64,000 bases of DNA from Octopus vulgaris (lineage: Eukaryota): positions 126,418,001 through 126,482,000 of the forward strand of contig OX597817.1 in assembly GCA_951406725.2 (NCBI GenBank), written 5' to 3'. The position numbers and the translations under genes were made by a program. This document shows, one piece after another, positions 40,787-53,046 of this stretch (positions within the stretch are counted from its first letter, which is position 1; every line of letters begins with the position of its first letter). Below the pieces are notes generated by a model. It worked only from the letters and a program-made list of their open reading frames with translations. It made no database searches and was not told the DNA's origin.

Positions 40787-41387
40787 TGTTGTTGTTGTTC
40801 AGGTCACTGCTTGAAACGGAACTCGGAATCTTGGGTTTAGTAGCCCGCGCTCTTAGCCACTACGTCATATGCCCGTGGGCTATTATGGAGTGAATTTTAG
40901 GGCTTATAAATCTAATATTTTGCTATCCTTCTTTAATTCTGGTTCCCATATGCCGTTCATATCTGCACATGGTCTGCTTTGGAGGTCGTTGGGTCCTAGC
41001 ATATGTGCTGCTTCTTTTAGTTTTCGTTTTCACAGTGGCTTTATCTCCCTATTATTTAACTTTATCCCACAGGGGGAAGTGGTCTCCATTTTTCCATACA
41101 TAATCAGCTTTACCCGATTTAGCCATATCTCCTCGTGTCACAGCTTTGCGATGTTCGTCTAAACTTATTTTGTAGGGACGGCATATTTCGCCTTTGTATA
41201 ACCTACCACAGCTGCATGGGATGGAGTACACGTAGTCTTTGGTCATATTCTCCTCTATTGGTGATTTTACTCTTGAATACTGTCCTGATGTCATATGGGC
41301 CGCACACTTTTCGTATCTTTGCAGAGAGGCCTTTCACATAGGGTAGACAGACTGTAGAATAAGAACCGAGATTCTTTATTTCCCCAA

Positions 41388-41433
41388 GACAACTGAAGAA
41401 GGTTGGAGGGTATATCAGCCGAAACATTGTGTT
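41388..41433 (+). ncRNA. Minimal hammerhead motif (mutated copy of 29952-29995)
   Basis: acaa-CTGAAGA-a-ggttg-gagggtatat-cagcc-GAAAC-ATT-gtgt. Confidence 0.6.
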
Positions 41434-42170
41434 AACAACAAACAAGATGAAAACAAATATCCGTCGAAGGTAAATAATGTAAATAACGTACAGTTTTCCT
41501 TAATTTTAAAGGTGTGAAAACCGGCTGCTTCTGAGATTACTTTGATATGTGCTTAAGACAACCCTTCCTGCGTATAACGTTGTAAATAGTTTTTGTACCT
41601 ATATCATGCCGCAGGGGCATTTAGTATCTTGTGGACATTTGTTTATCAGGTATCTTGTAAATATTACCTCTTCCTGAATAGCAGAGGAATATCCTTCTAG
41701 GTGCGATGAAATGATTCTGTTCTCGCAGCTCCATGACGGGATATTATCCTTCTCAGTGGTTGTCGTTACTCCCCATCTGATGGGATATATAACCATGCGT
41801 TGGTTTTTTCCAGGTATGTAGGTATGTATGCATATATGCATGTGTGTATGTGTACGTGTGTGTGGGTGCGCGCGCGTGTAGTGTGTATGTCTGCAAAGTG
41901 CATATTAAATATCATTATATACATTCTAAACATCTCCGAAAAAAACTTAAATATTTATCTCATGGGAAGTAAATTACATCACAAAGCATTTTTTTTAAAA
42001 ACCTACTCAAGGGCATTAACATTGAGAAAAATAAAATTTCGCAATCGAATTATTAATTCAGTATACAAAACCTAAACTGCCTGGAATTCTAATTTTTGAA
42101 ACTTAATATATTTTTCTGTAAATATAATCTTGCAAAAACTCATACACAAAAACATATGTATATGAATATC

Positions 42171-42223
<53 letters not shown>

Positions 42224-42481
42224 GTATATATATTCATGACGAGATACTTTGGGAGAAATTGGCCAAAAGTTGGAATTCAACATGGGATTGGAGCAATAGA
42301 ATGATTGCTTTACATAACTAATTCTTATATGTCCTTAACATATGGTCAGGTACCACTGGGGCATAAATTCTTTATAGACTATTATCATGATATTTGTATA
42401 CACACACACACATATCATATATATACAGGCACACACACACACGCACACGTATAGTTATAAATATATAAACACGCGCGGGCG

Positions 42482-42532
<51 letters not shown>

Positions 42533-42732
42533 GAAGGTATGGATACATATGCAGGGCCGCGTAGAAATTTATGAGTTCATGCAGCACCGTTTCAAGTGAT
42601 GACCTCTTATGTTGCAATCAAATCGGTCATTTAGTCGCACCCCATGTCCATCATTTTCCTATTTTACTTACTTTATATATGTTGCTTTCTCTCCCTTTCT
42701 CTCTTTCTCTCTGTCTTTGTATGTGTATAGTA

Positions 42733-42780
<48 letters not shown>

Positions 42781-42788
<8 letters not shown>

Positions 42789-43282
42789 TAAATTAGAGAT
42801 AAAACCACTATTAGGCAAATCAAACAATGAAAATCTTAAGCCAATACCTAAAATTAATTAATTTATATTATTTTAAATATATATCAAAAGTATTAAAAGG
42901 TAATGAATAAAATACTACGATCGTTTCATGGCTGTCCAATTCGTAATAATTCGAGTTATGGTTACAATCAATCTTCAGGTAATTGAAATATTTATCTTAG
43001 CGAGGTTTAGCAAAGATAAATAGTTCAATTACCTGAAGATTGACTGTAACTATAACTCGAATTATTACGAATTGAACAGCCATCGTAGTGTTTTACTCAT
43101 TAATTTTTAAATAATTTTGATATATATTTAAAATAATATAAATTTATTAATTTTATGTATTGGCTTAAGTTTTTCATTGTTTGATTTGCCTAATAGTGGT
43201 TTTATCTCTAATTTAATATAATATAATATGTTACTATAAAATTGGATTCAATCCTAAATCTGATTTTTCCCTGTAAGTTTGA
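42781..43282. mobile_element. PLE pLTR fold-back hairpin (arms 42781-43001 and 43010-43229)
   Basis: ~220-bp arms are reverse complements around the 8-nt loop gaggttta. The pLTR terminus ttccctgtaagtttg follows, and (TA)n directly precedes it. Confidence 0.8.
42910..42984 (-). ncRNA. Type I hammerhead motif in the left arm of the fold-back
   Basis: Minus strand reads aattac-CTGAAGA-ttgattgt...acagccat-GAAAC-gatc-GTA-gtattt, with palindromic acgatcgt as stem III. The plus-strand mate at 43027-43090 has lost GAAACGAT. Confidence 0.65.
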
Positions 43283-43803
43283 CAACAGCTTAGTTGTGAA
43301 ATGAACCGGTGTGTGACCAGCAGCTTTCCTCATGTCTCCGGAAATTATATCGACATTTTTATGGAGGGATTCACCTTCTCTGGGAAGTTTACAAACTTTT
43401 TAAAAACTTTTTATAAAACTGTGTATCATTAGAAAGCAATTTAAGTCTGCTTGTAATTTGACTGTAAATTTCATAGAACTCACTCCTAATACTTCATGAG
43501 GATAATCAAACTCTCTAGGATGTCTGGAAAACATATATGTGATTTAGCTGATGAATACTGGACATTTGTATTTACTGCAATATTTTCAGCTTCAAATAAA
43601 ATTGTTCTTAGTATGAAACAATTGTACTAAACTACTAATCCATTCTTGTTGGTTTTTTCTTGGTTATAATCACCCCACATTATTTTATGGTTAATACCAT
43701 AAATGAATTCTGGTGCATCTAAGTTAAGTACCATATTCATTTGAATTCATTGTAATTCACTTGGATCTTATTTGTTTTTTTGCTGAATATATACATACAT
43801 ACA

Positions 43804-43911
<108 letters not shown>

Positions 43912-44163
43912 TAGTTGTACTTCAGGGCATCATCCTTTTTATTTCAGTCATCAAAATAATAAAATAACAGTAATGAACGAGTGAAGAAAAAATATGTAGT
44001 ACGTGTGTTTATTTGGCCCCAAAAAATAACAATAAATAAAATGACCATCTCGAATTACAGCAATATGTCCCAACACACGATTCCACATCAGGAATCTTGC
44101 AAAACGAATTGATATCTATTTATTATCTATCTATCTATATATCTATCTATCTATCTATCTATC

Positions 44164-44268
<105 letters not shown>

Positions 44269-44336
44269 ATATATGTATATATTTGTATATATATATATTT
44301 AAACATATATATATATATTTATATACGTATATACGT

Positions 44337-44385
<49 letters not shown>

Positions 44386-44519
44386 GCATATGTATACACA
44401 CACACGAGCTCGCATACAAACACACACATACGTATACATGTATACAGGCATGAATGTGTTATAAAAATAATTATAAAGAGGCAAATAAATAAGTTACGGT
44501 TAGATTATGCTAGCTATAT

Positions 44520-45400
44520 AACTAAGCATGTGTGTTGCCGTTTTACAGATGTAAAGATCACAAAGCATAATCAAGTAAAATGCTGTGCAGATAGTCACCT
44601 AGAATTGTTTGAAGTGTTGATGCACAGATGGTTCCTTATATCAAAACGACTGATAGTTATCTATATAATTGCAAGGCATATGGATAGCGCTCATTGGAGT
44701 GGGTATGAGACAAATTCTTATTAGAGAGTTGTAGTCTAGTATCAGTGAGTTATAGAAGAAGGCCTAACGGAAAAAGGGCAGAAAATGCGAGTTAATAATA
44801 TAAGAATAGGTATAAACTAACAGTTATGAGAAGAGTAGATACATAAATTTCTAGATCAACAGAAAAATATGCAAAGAATAAAAACAAGGGACAATATGGA
44901 CAGGGATTATTGAATTCACGGTTTGAGGAAGAGGATGCGTATAATGCTGCCAGCACGTGAGGCAAGTATATTACAACTATAAGTTAGAATAGATATCGAA
45001 CGCATGGGTGGTGCGTAAAAGAAAAACCCTATATGGTGTGGTCAATACGACGCGCATGGGTAGGAAAAGCTTATCGTAAGTATAAGGAGAGCTGTTTTAG
45101 CGTTACGATGTTATTCAAATATCAATTTCGAAATCAGCTAGTTAGAATGTAGTTCCTGACAACAGTGACTGCGCAGTAGATATATGTATTTATGGGTAAT
45201 TACCAAAATGAAGAAATTATCTATTGTAGCTCTCAGTAAATAGTATCTAAAATTGTAAGTTTAATGAAGAGAATGCGAACGTTCAAATGTGGATATAGGA
45301 GAAGCAATGAAGTAAAAACAGACATACCTTAAAGTTAACTCGTTAGGAGAGACTATCTTGAGTGGTTGCTAAAATATGTTAATTGGTTGCTCGAAAATAT
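44520..45400 (-). mobile_element. Possible highly decayed PLE GIY-YIG region
   Basis: Only scattered motif remnants (TTLSNK, PY, FDI..LC, CK) across frameshifts. Confidence 0.3.
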
Positions 45401-45566
45401 ATTTCGTAGAAGCGTTGTAATGTAATTCCAATCAGAGTGGAGTCTAATTACGAATTATGTTATTCAGAGTTATACAGAGTGCGGGTTAGTAGTATGTTTA
45501 GAATAGAGGAATCGTGTAAAGGCTTAAGATACTTATATAGAAGTTTAGTCAAATAAAAATGAGGAA

Positions 45567-45850
45567 TCATCATCATCAATGTTCGACCGTGGTCGAGACA
45601 ATGGAATTTACAATGCCACGCCAGACTTCACGGTCCATCATAGCATTACGGAGGTCCTGTTGCTGGATGCCTGTATCCCTGGAGATTACATCAGGGTAGG
45701 AGAGTTTGCGCCCTCTGGTATTGCGAGTAGATGGCTTCCAGAGGAGAAGAGTAGACATTGCCTGGTTTTCAGCTCTACAACAATGTCCAGCAAACTGGAC
45801 TCTCCTACCTTTCACAAGAGATGACACAGGTGGTAGTTTCTCATATATTT
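45567..45850 (-). mobile_element. RTE-clade LINE 3' end with (GAT)n tail
   Basis: SSLVKGRRVQFAGHCCRAENQAMSTLLLWKP..RGRKLSYPDVISRDTG..DLRNAMMDREVWR, then a stop and a tgatgatga tail. Confidence 0.85.
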
Positions 45851-46386
45851 GAGGAATAACGTTGTTGGTTACAGACTAAATTAACTTCAATTAACTTAAT
45901 TAATTAAATAGGTGGGATTTGTTTTCAGTGATTGAAAGTCCTACATTTACATTTACGAAAACATAGAAGCGTTTTGAAGAATCTGTGTACTCAACTGGTA
46001 AACATTTAGCCCATGTATACAATACCAGAACAGATGATACACCTAGTAATATATGGTACGCTACTTTTCATAGTTGTATGTACGTAATTACCTAGTGAGG
46101 TAGACTTCCTTAGCTTAACAGAATAAAACGAGCTCGGGTTTGTTACGTGTCAGTTTTGAACATGGTTGGCTGCACCAATGTAAATCTTGATAAAGGTTTT
46201 TTGTTTTCATCAAATCTTCAGCAATTGCCTTCTAACGGACATATACTACGCATTTTACAATTATATACTTTTCCTAACGAAGAATGATGCTATTGTAATC
46301 ATTGGACTTGTTAGTGTTATTAGTAAGGTATCTATAATGCGATAAAAAGGGTCAGTTACATGTGTTATATATGTTCTCTGTTCTAG

Positions 46387-46572
46387 ATTATTATTGTTAT
46401 TGTTATTATTATTATTGTTGTTATTAAAATTATTATTATTTTTATTATTATTACTATTATTATTATTTTTATTATTACTATCATTATTATTATTATTATT
46501 ATTATTATCATTATTATTATTATTATTATTATCATCATTGTTATTATTATTATTACTATTATTATTATTATC
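46387..46572. repeat. Degenerate (ATT)n microsatellite
   Basis: Direct reading. Confidence 0.9.
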
Positions 46573-46574
46573 AT

Positions 46575-49150
46575 GTTTTTTATAGGATTGAGGTAACTCC
46601 TCTAGTAGGTATACAGCAGCAAAAAAAGAAGAGTGCCATTGCCATCAAGTGAGGGATATTTCGGCATTACTTGCGCAATCTACTTCATTTTACTTATTGG
46701 GGGAGTTTCCTCAATCGTATAAAATATTACCAAACATGGGGTAGATTGAGAAGTTTATTCTTTGAACCTGTGGAAGGCACACTACATGCCGAAATGTCGT
46801 TCACTTGACCATCTCCTATTCTACATGCCTTCTTAGCTAAACTTACGCTAAACCTAATATACTCATATTTGATGGCTCTTTTTAGGGCGTACCACCACGT
46901 ATTATTAATGATGGTACCTATTAATGCCCTCTGTATTAACATTTTGATCCGCTTTCTGACTCCTCTATAGCCAAAGGGGACTTATTGAGTTTCCAGTAAC
47001 CAGATCCCTGACTATGCAACTTATCTACCGTCAGTTTACAGGTAACCAACCATCTTGTGGTCACTGTAGCTCACTAGGAAAAACTGTGGACACTCGGCTA
47101 TAGACATATCTGTTTCTCTAATTAAAATCTTATCTAGATATGTTCTGGAAGACCCGTCACTGTTTGACCACATTCACTGTGAATTGTTCGGGTGTTGCAA
47201 CCTATACGGATCTGCTAGCTGAAATTGATTTAGCAGATCCCGTAAGCCTGGGTTACATTTTCTGTTCATGTTCGAGCCAACTCAATCTGTGTGTGCTTCT
47301 CGTATTGTGTTAAAGTCTCCTAACAGTAAAAGCGAATGCGACGTGGCTAGGAACTTTCCCAGGTCACGAAAATATTCAGCTTTCGAGCCCATAATATTGG
47401 GTGCATAAATAGCGATCAGCCTGATTATCTTGCCACAACTGAATGTCAGGTCAGAGAAAACCAGCTTTTTCTCGGCTGCCCGATTTCTTCTTAGTAGGAC
47501 CAACACCCCACCACAAATTCCCGCCCGACTCGAAGAAACGTATTTCTCGTAGCCGTTCAGGAGGGGGAACAGATTTCTTCGCCCCTTCACCCGGGTTTCC
47601 GTTGCAAAAATTACCATCAAATATCTCCACCTGATGTAGTTTAGGAAGCACCCTGGCTTCCAACTCGACATGAGACTACGAACATTTATACAACCAATGT
47701 GAATAAACGTGACTTACCTGTTAGATCGGGGCGTCCTGTGGAGAGGGACTCTCCACCTTTTCTTGACTTAGTGTCGGAGATGGCAAGCCTTCAAACATAG
47801 AATGGTGAAAATCAAGTCTCAATGGTGTGAGCGATTTTCTATGTGTTAAACAACATACTATACGTTTTTTCGTCCAATTAATAAGACTCATAGTTTTTAT
47901 ATTTATGTAACAGTTCAATTAATCTAGTTGCTGATTTCTTGGTTTGTATTTCCCGCATTAAGTTTTCGTTTGTGCTGTGTAGTGCAGCTATTCCTCTGTT
48001 AGTCACCCCTCCGCCTTCCTCGGTTTGTCTCTCTTGGCTGTTTTTTTTTTGGGGGGGGGGGTCTTGGCTCACTCTGCTTTTGCTGGTTCGAGCCTTCCGT
48101 CTTCCTTTTGTTGTTTATTTTTTCTTCTCTTTCTTCCTCCTCGGCGTCTGATTCTTCTGCACCTTTACAATATTTTTTAATGTGACCCAGTTGGCCACAC
48201 TGGAAACATCGGGGCTTATGCTCCTCAACACAAATATTTAGAACTTCCTCCCCTACTTCCACAGTTTCTGGGAGCTGTTCGAAAATTGTTTGGTCAGCTT
48301 GCAGGATGAGGTTAACCGTTTGACCAGTCCAATAGGTATTTTCTGTGACGGTAGCCTGCAGGATGTTAATATTTTCGTCCCTGTTTACCAAGATTGCCGC
48401 TGTCAAGCACATAAGGTTTGCTCCGGCTGGAATTCTTGGTATTCTCACATTTGATGTTCACATTCCCATGTAAATTGGGATTAACATTGTGTCTTCCGAC
48501 TCTAAAGATTTTATAGAGTGTTTTTGTGCTGTTTCTCTATTCTTGAACCTCACAACAATGGTCTCAAACTCCTTCCCTCTAGCCTGATATGTAATGTCCT
48601 GCCAGATGGGTTTTAGGCATTTTCCAATTTTTTGCTCACATATCTTATCAATTTTATGAGCTTTTAACCAGAATGTCTTAAAATATTGATTTTCTTTTTT
48701 CCTCCTTTAACTCTGCTGCTGTTTCCACTTTTACTATTTCATCTCGTTCTGTTATCATATCTTTGTATTTTGATAATTATTTTGATAGTTGACCGCTGTC
48801 GCGTTCCACCATCAGTTGCTGACGCAAAATTTCCCTTTCTTCATTTTGGATGGTCTTTTCTTTTGGTGTTTGTAAGTCTTGGAAATGCCGGAAATTCGCT
48901 TTCAGACACATCAGAAACGTTATCAAAAATTAAACTTTCTATTTTCTTTGCTTCTCGCTCAATCGATGATTCGTAACGTGACGAATAAGACAAGCTTTTC
49001 GGCATCTTACCGGCAATTAATGCTTTCCCCACGGGGGAAAACCACAGATAGCCTTCCAAAGAAAACTATACTACAATTTTTGAAAAATAATTCCAACAAT
49101 AGGCACAACAAAAGATAAAAAAATGAACAGAAACTTACGAACACACTCCA
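46575..49150 (-). mobile_element. Tx1/L1-group LINE, 5' half (ORF1 + APE endonuclease), decayed
   Basis: ORF1 (about 49059-47880, frameshifted) has the zinc knuckle CFQCGQLGHIKKYC. ORF2 reads GGVLVLL, IRLIAIYAPN, LLLLGDFN, WWYALKRAIK, PSLDG and RGVTSIL, and is truncated at the (ATT)n tract. Confidence 0.85.
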
Positions 49151-49169
49151 ACAATAAATTTTCAATAAC

Positions 49170-49235
49170 AGACATACGAAATACCGCTAAGCATTTCGCC
49201 CGGCGTGCTAACGTTTCTGCCAGCTCGGCACCAAG
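49170..49235 (-). mobile_element. SINE family C, 5' part
   Basis: Minus strand reads gagctggcagaaacgttagcacgccgggcgaaatgcttagcggtatttcg. Confidence 0.7.
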
Positions 49236-49740
49236 GTGTTTTCAAAAATCTTATTTAGTAACAATATTTGATTTTTTATCCCTGCAAAATACCTGTCCTC
49301 TATTTTGCATCGGATGAGCATAAATCCCTTTTTGGTAATTGCGGTACAAGTGCTTTCACTTGGAAATCTAATGTTTTTAGTTAAAATCCAAGTATTATAC
49401 TGCTATGATTGTTTTGTGTTATGTAAATGAGATTGTAATGATGTGTTTTTAATTTACGGACCTAACATGTCTTAAGTATCTATTTTGCCGTGTCAATTTT
49501 TGATCGAATAAAAAATCGCTAATAACGATTGACTTTGATTTTTTGCTGATGCTGTTCAAGCTCATTTAAATTCACGAGAAATGGAGTGTACCATATATTT
49601 ATAGGTCAGTGTTATCAAATAATGTATTTATGCTCGTAAAATATTATCTAGGAGGCAGTAAAGCAAATACAGCAACAATATCAATAATGCCATTACAATA
49701 TGTGTAACATAATGAAAGTATGCTGCTGCTGCTGCTGCTG

Positions 49741-49796
<56 letters not shown>

Positions 49797-50711
49797 GTTA
49801 GGTCAATCTTTGTATAAGTTATGTATTTTTGAGGGATTGCTACTTTATTTTTCCATTACTTCTAATTATATTCGTATGTTAATATGTTTATATGTGCATT
49901 TATTATCACTTTTGTCAATGCATAGACGGCCATCAATTACTACTGGTATAACAATTAAGAATCGTTTATTTTCCTGGTAGTTTTTAAACGTTAAGCAATT
50001 TTTTTTACATCCCACTCACTATATCTTTTGTCATAATATTATAACTGCGACATATCAGCGAACGTCATAAGAGATTTATAGTAGAATAACGTTTTTGTGA
50101 TTATCTATTAATACAGCAATGGTTTTCAGTTTCATGCTTATATATAAAGAAAGAAATATGAAGGCGAAAGAAAAGCTGAATAAGCACATATATATGACTT
50201 TGCATTATTTATAATATCTATAAGAGACGTTACATAAACGTAACGCCAGATGTACTTAATTAAGAATATTATAGTTTTCATCTTTTGATTGTTATTCCTT
50301 TTCTTCGAAAACTATATATATACTGTTACATTTATGCAAAAAATATTATCAGTTATATAAATGTTAGTATGCCATATATACATGATTGCTCTTAATTTAT
50401 CCCTTTATTAGTCGGACATGCAATACACTTCGTACATCCAAAACTTTATCCGCGGACTTATTTTTAGCATGACTAGGAGTTTGGATCTTTAGAATCGCTA
50501 CTAGTCCCTACACCCAAGTGACTTTCACTCAGTTGTAATAGCATCTTCTTGCCACAAACTATACACGCGCGCACATACACACACAAATAACCTAATATTG
50601 AAATGTGCGAATGAGTGCTCCACTGAGTTCTATATTCTCACCCAAAATGTTATTCGCAGCAAAAATGTCCTCGAGTACTCAAGTCGTACGCTTGAAAATT
50701 CTCAAGAGATC

Positions 50712-50845
50712 TCATATGCAACCAATTCAAGCCTTGTTGAATAGATTACACACACACGCACAAATACGCGCACATAAGTAGGCACACACAGAGATCCACA
50801 CACAAATACACAAACACACACACACAAATATATATCATACACTCT

Positions 50846-50882
<37 letters not shown>

Positions 50883-50897
50883 TTATATTTACATTTA

Positions 50898-50954
<57 letters not shown>

Positions 50955-51089
50955 AGGGTGTATGATATATATTTGTGTGTGTGTGTGTGTTTGTGTATTT
51001 GTGTGTGGATCTCTGTGTGTGCCTACTTATGTGCACGTATTTGTGCGTGTGTGTGTAATCTATTCAACAAGGCTTGAATTGGTTGCATA

Positions 51090-51092
<3 letters not shown>
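50712..51092. repeat. Inverted duplication of local sequence around a (TA)n spacer
   Basis: 50712-50848 and 50952-51092 are reverse complements, with 2 substitutions and a different (CA) count. Confidence 0.95.
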
Positions 51093-51142
<50 letters not shown>

Positions 51143-51254
51143 GGAGATATACTGGCATAGCAAGTGACCTGATTTGAGACCGTGTGCCGACAAAAAAATC
51201 AATTGCGACCTGTCACTGCCAAAATATGCAGCACGGAATTTTGTCATATACACG

Positions 51255-51755
51255 AACGGTCATATGTCGCTTTAAGTATAATCTCCTTCAGGGCGATCAT
51301 GAATCTCCTGAACGCATGAGACCATCACAAAAATTCCTAACCTTAACCGTCGCCGAAGAATTAACGAACTTTGAGTGAAGAAGTGCAAATGAAAACTGCT
51401 GTAGCAATATTTGTGCCTCGCTTACTCACGGAAGATCAAAACCGATCACGACTGAATGCGTGTCGTGAACTGAAAGAATGGTTTGAAGTTGATCTTGACA
51501 TTTTTTCGGCAGGCCATCACTGGTGACTACATAATTTGCAGATGTGGAAAATGTGAAAGACAAAACGACGGAGGCGTTAAAAGGTATCACTTCCCAAGAG
51601 TTTCAAGACTGCTTCGAATAGTAGAAAATGCATGTAGAAATTTGCATTGCTTCAAATGGAGAATACTATGAATGCGATAAAAGTGTAAACATGTAAATAT
51701 ATGTGAATAAAGTGGTATTGCAAAATTCCGATTTCTTTTGGTTACTCCCTTTTAT
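51255..51755 (+). mobile_element. Internally deleted mariner transposon
   Basis: MKTAVAIFVPRLLTEDQNRSRLNACREL..ITGD, then TTEALKGITSQEFQDCFE..CIASNGEYYE. A TIR-like attccgatttcttttggttactccct lies at the end. Confidence 0.8.
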
Positions 51756-51829
51756 ATGCCCATCCATGTCTTTATACTACCCTGTTGCAGAACATATTTT
51801 CGTCACCTTGGTGTTATTGTTTTTTCTTA

Positions 51830-52028
51830 CTGCACTGGCTAAAATACTGAGCAGTTTTTCTTCCGTCTTTAAGTTCTGAGCTAAAATGTTGCCCTGGTCG
51901 GCTTTGTCTTCCATCTTTATAAAGTCGATGAAATAAGTACCAGTTAATAACTGGGGTCAATGTAATCGAATTTATAGTCTTCCTCACCGAAATCACTGCC
52001 TTGTGCCAAAATTCGAAACCATTATTAC
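51830..52028 (+). mobile_element. SINE family C copy
   Basis: gtcgatgaaataagtaccagtt..ctggggtcaatgtaatcga..ccttgtgccaaaattcgaaacc. Confidence 0.75.
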
Positions 52029-52863
52029 CATCGTCATCGTCGCCGTCGTCATAATCATCATCATCATCGTCAATATCATCACTATCATCATCATTGTTAT
52101 TGTGGTTGCTATTGCTACTGTAGACGCTGATGATTTGTTAGTTATCACCGAAACTGAAGGTAATTTAGAGGCTCCATGATTTTCTGCTCACTGTTAAGTT
52201 TATAATTTTTTTTACCATTTTGCGTGTGACATTTGAACAGTTATTGTTGTCCACTCAATTGGGCAATCGTACGGCAAATTATTTCAAGACACAGAAGAAG
52301 TTGAAAATAGCTTTGACATTCTCGACAAATCAGTAAGAGTGGAACGTAGGACGAGAAACTGAAGATGAAACCATAATTACGTAATCAACTCCTACACACA
52401 ATGTTGCAGAGGTAGTTGTAATTTAAAATGATTAAAGACAGTAGAATTATTGGTAGTAAAAAGAAAAGTTACAAAAACGATAAATATAAAAACAAAGAAG
52501 ATAGCATCAGAAATAACAATGATATGCCATGCAAAAGAACTCATAAAATTGCCCGCAGAAGCACATTATTGATTGCCACCACCGGCAACGCCGCTTGAAG
52601 CTACCAAAGAAAAATCAATTAAGATAGCAATATAGATGATATTAATAACACCAGATGCAACAGCATTTAAAACACATCAAAATATAAACTATTCAATCGT
52701 TAAAGTCACAAACGTGTCCAGTTTCATTACATTAAATATGAAATATGAACATCTAAATGAGTATAAGTGACATATAAATTGATGAAATCGGCGAGAAGTT
52801 ACTTCAAATAGGCCATAATGCATTTTACGTTAGACAGAAATGAAAACAATTCTCTAAAAATAC

Positions 52864-53046
52864 TTATCGAAGGAGAGTTTGAAGTTTGTGGTACGTTCGT
52901 AACGGATCTGGGTGCCGTTTTCGCTTCTTGTGAAGTTCGTCCACACGTCTTCCTTTAGCCGTTTTGGAATAACGAAGGAGGTTGTCGGGTGAACTAGACT
53001 GATACGGAAGTGATATTTCTCTTTCGCCAAACCATTGTCACATTTT
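52864..53046 (-). CDS. Putative internal exon of an unidentified (probably secreted/extracellular) protein
   Basis: Acceptor ctttcatttag| and an open frame KCDNGLAKEKYHFRISLVHPTTSFVIPKRLKEDVWTNFTRSENGTQIRYERTTNFKLSFD. The donor aa|gtattt gives a 183-nt exon. GC is higher than the flanks, there are two N-glycosylation sequons, and the phase matches the exon at 58247. Confidence 0.5.

Larger units (their letters stand above)
39836..41495 (-). mobile_element. 5'-truncated Penelope-like element with an inverted 5' pLTR, interrupted by an R4/Dong LINE
   Basis: ORF about 41350-40906: VCLPYVKGLSAKIRKVCGPYDIRTVFKS..VYSIPCSCGRLYKGE (GIY-YIG)..RKLKEAAHML..IWEPELKK. It is followed by a tRNA-like segment (40801-40874), (AAT)n and the pLTR tip (39836-39895). 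An inverted pLTR copy with a hammerhead lies at 41353-41495. Confidence 0.85.
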
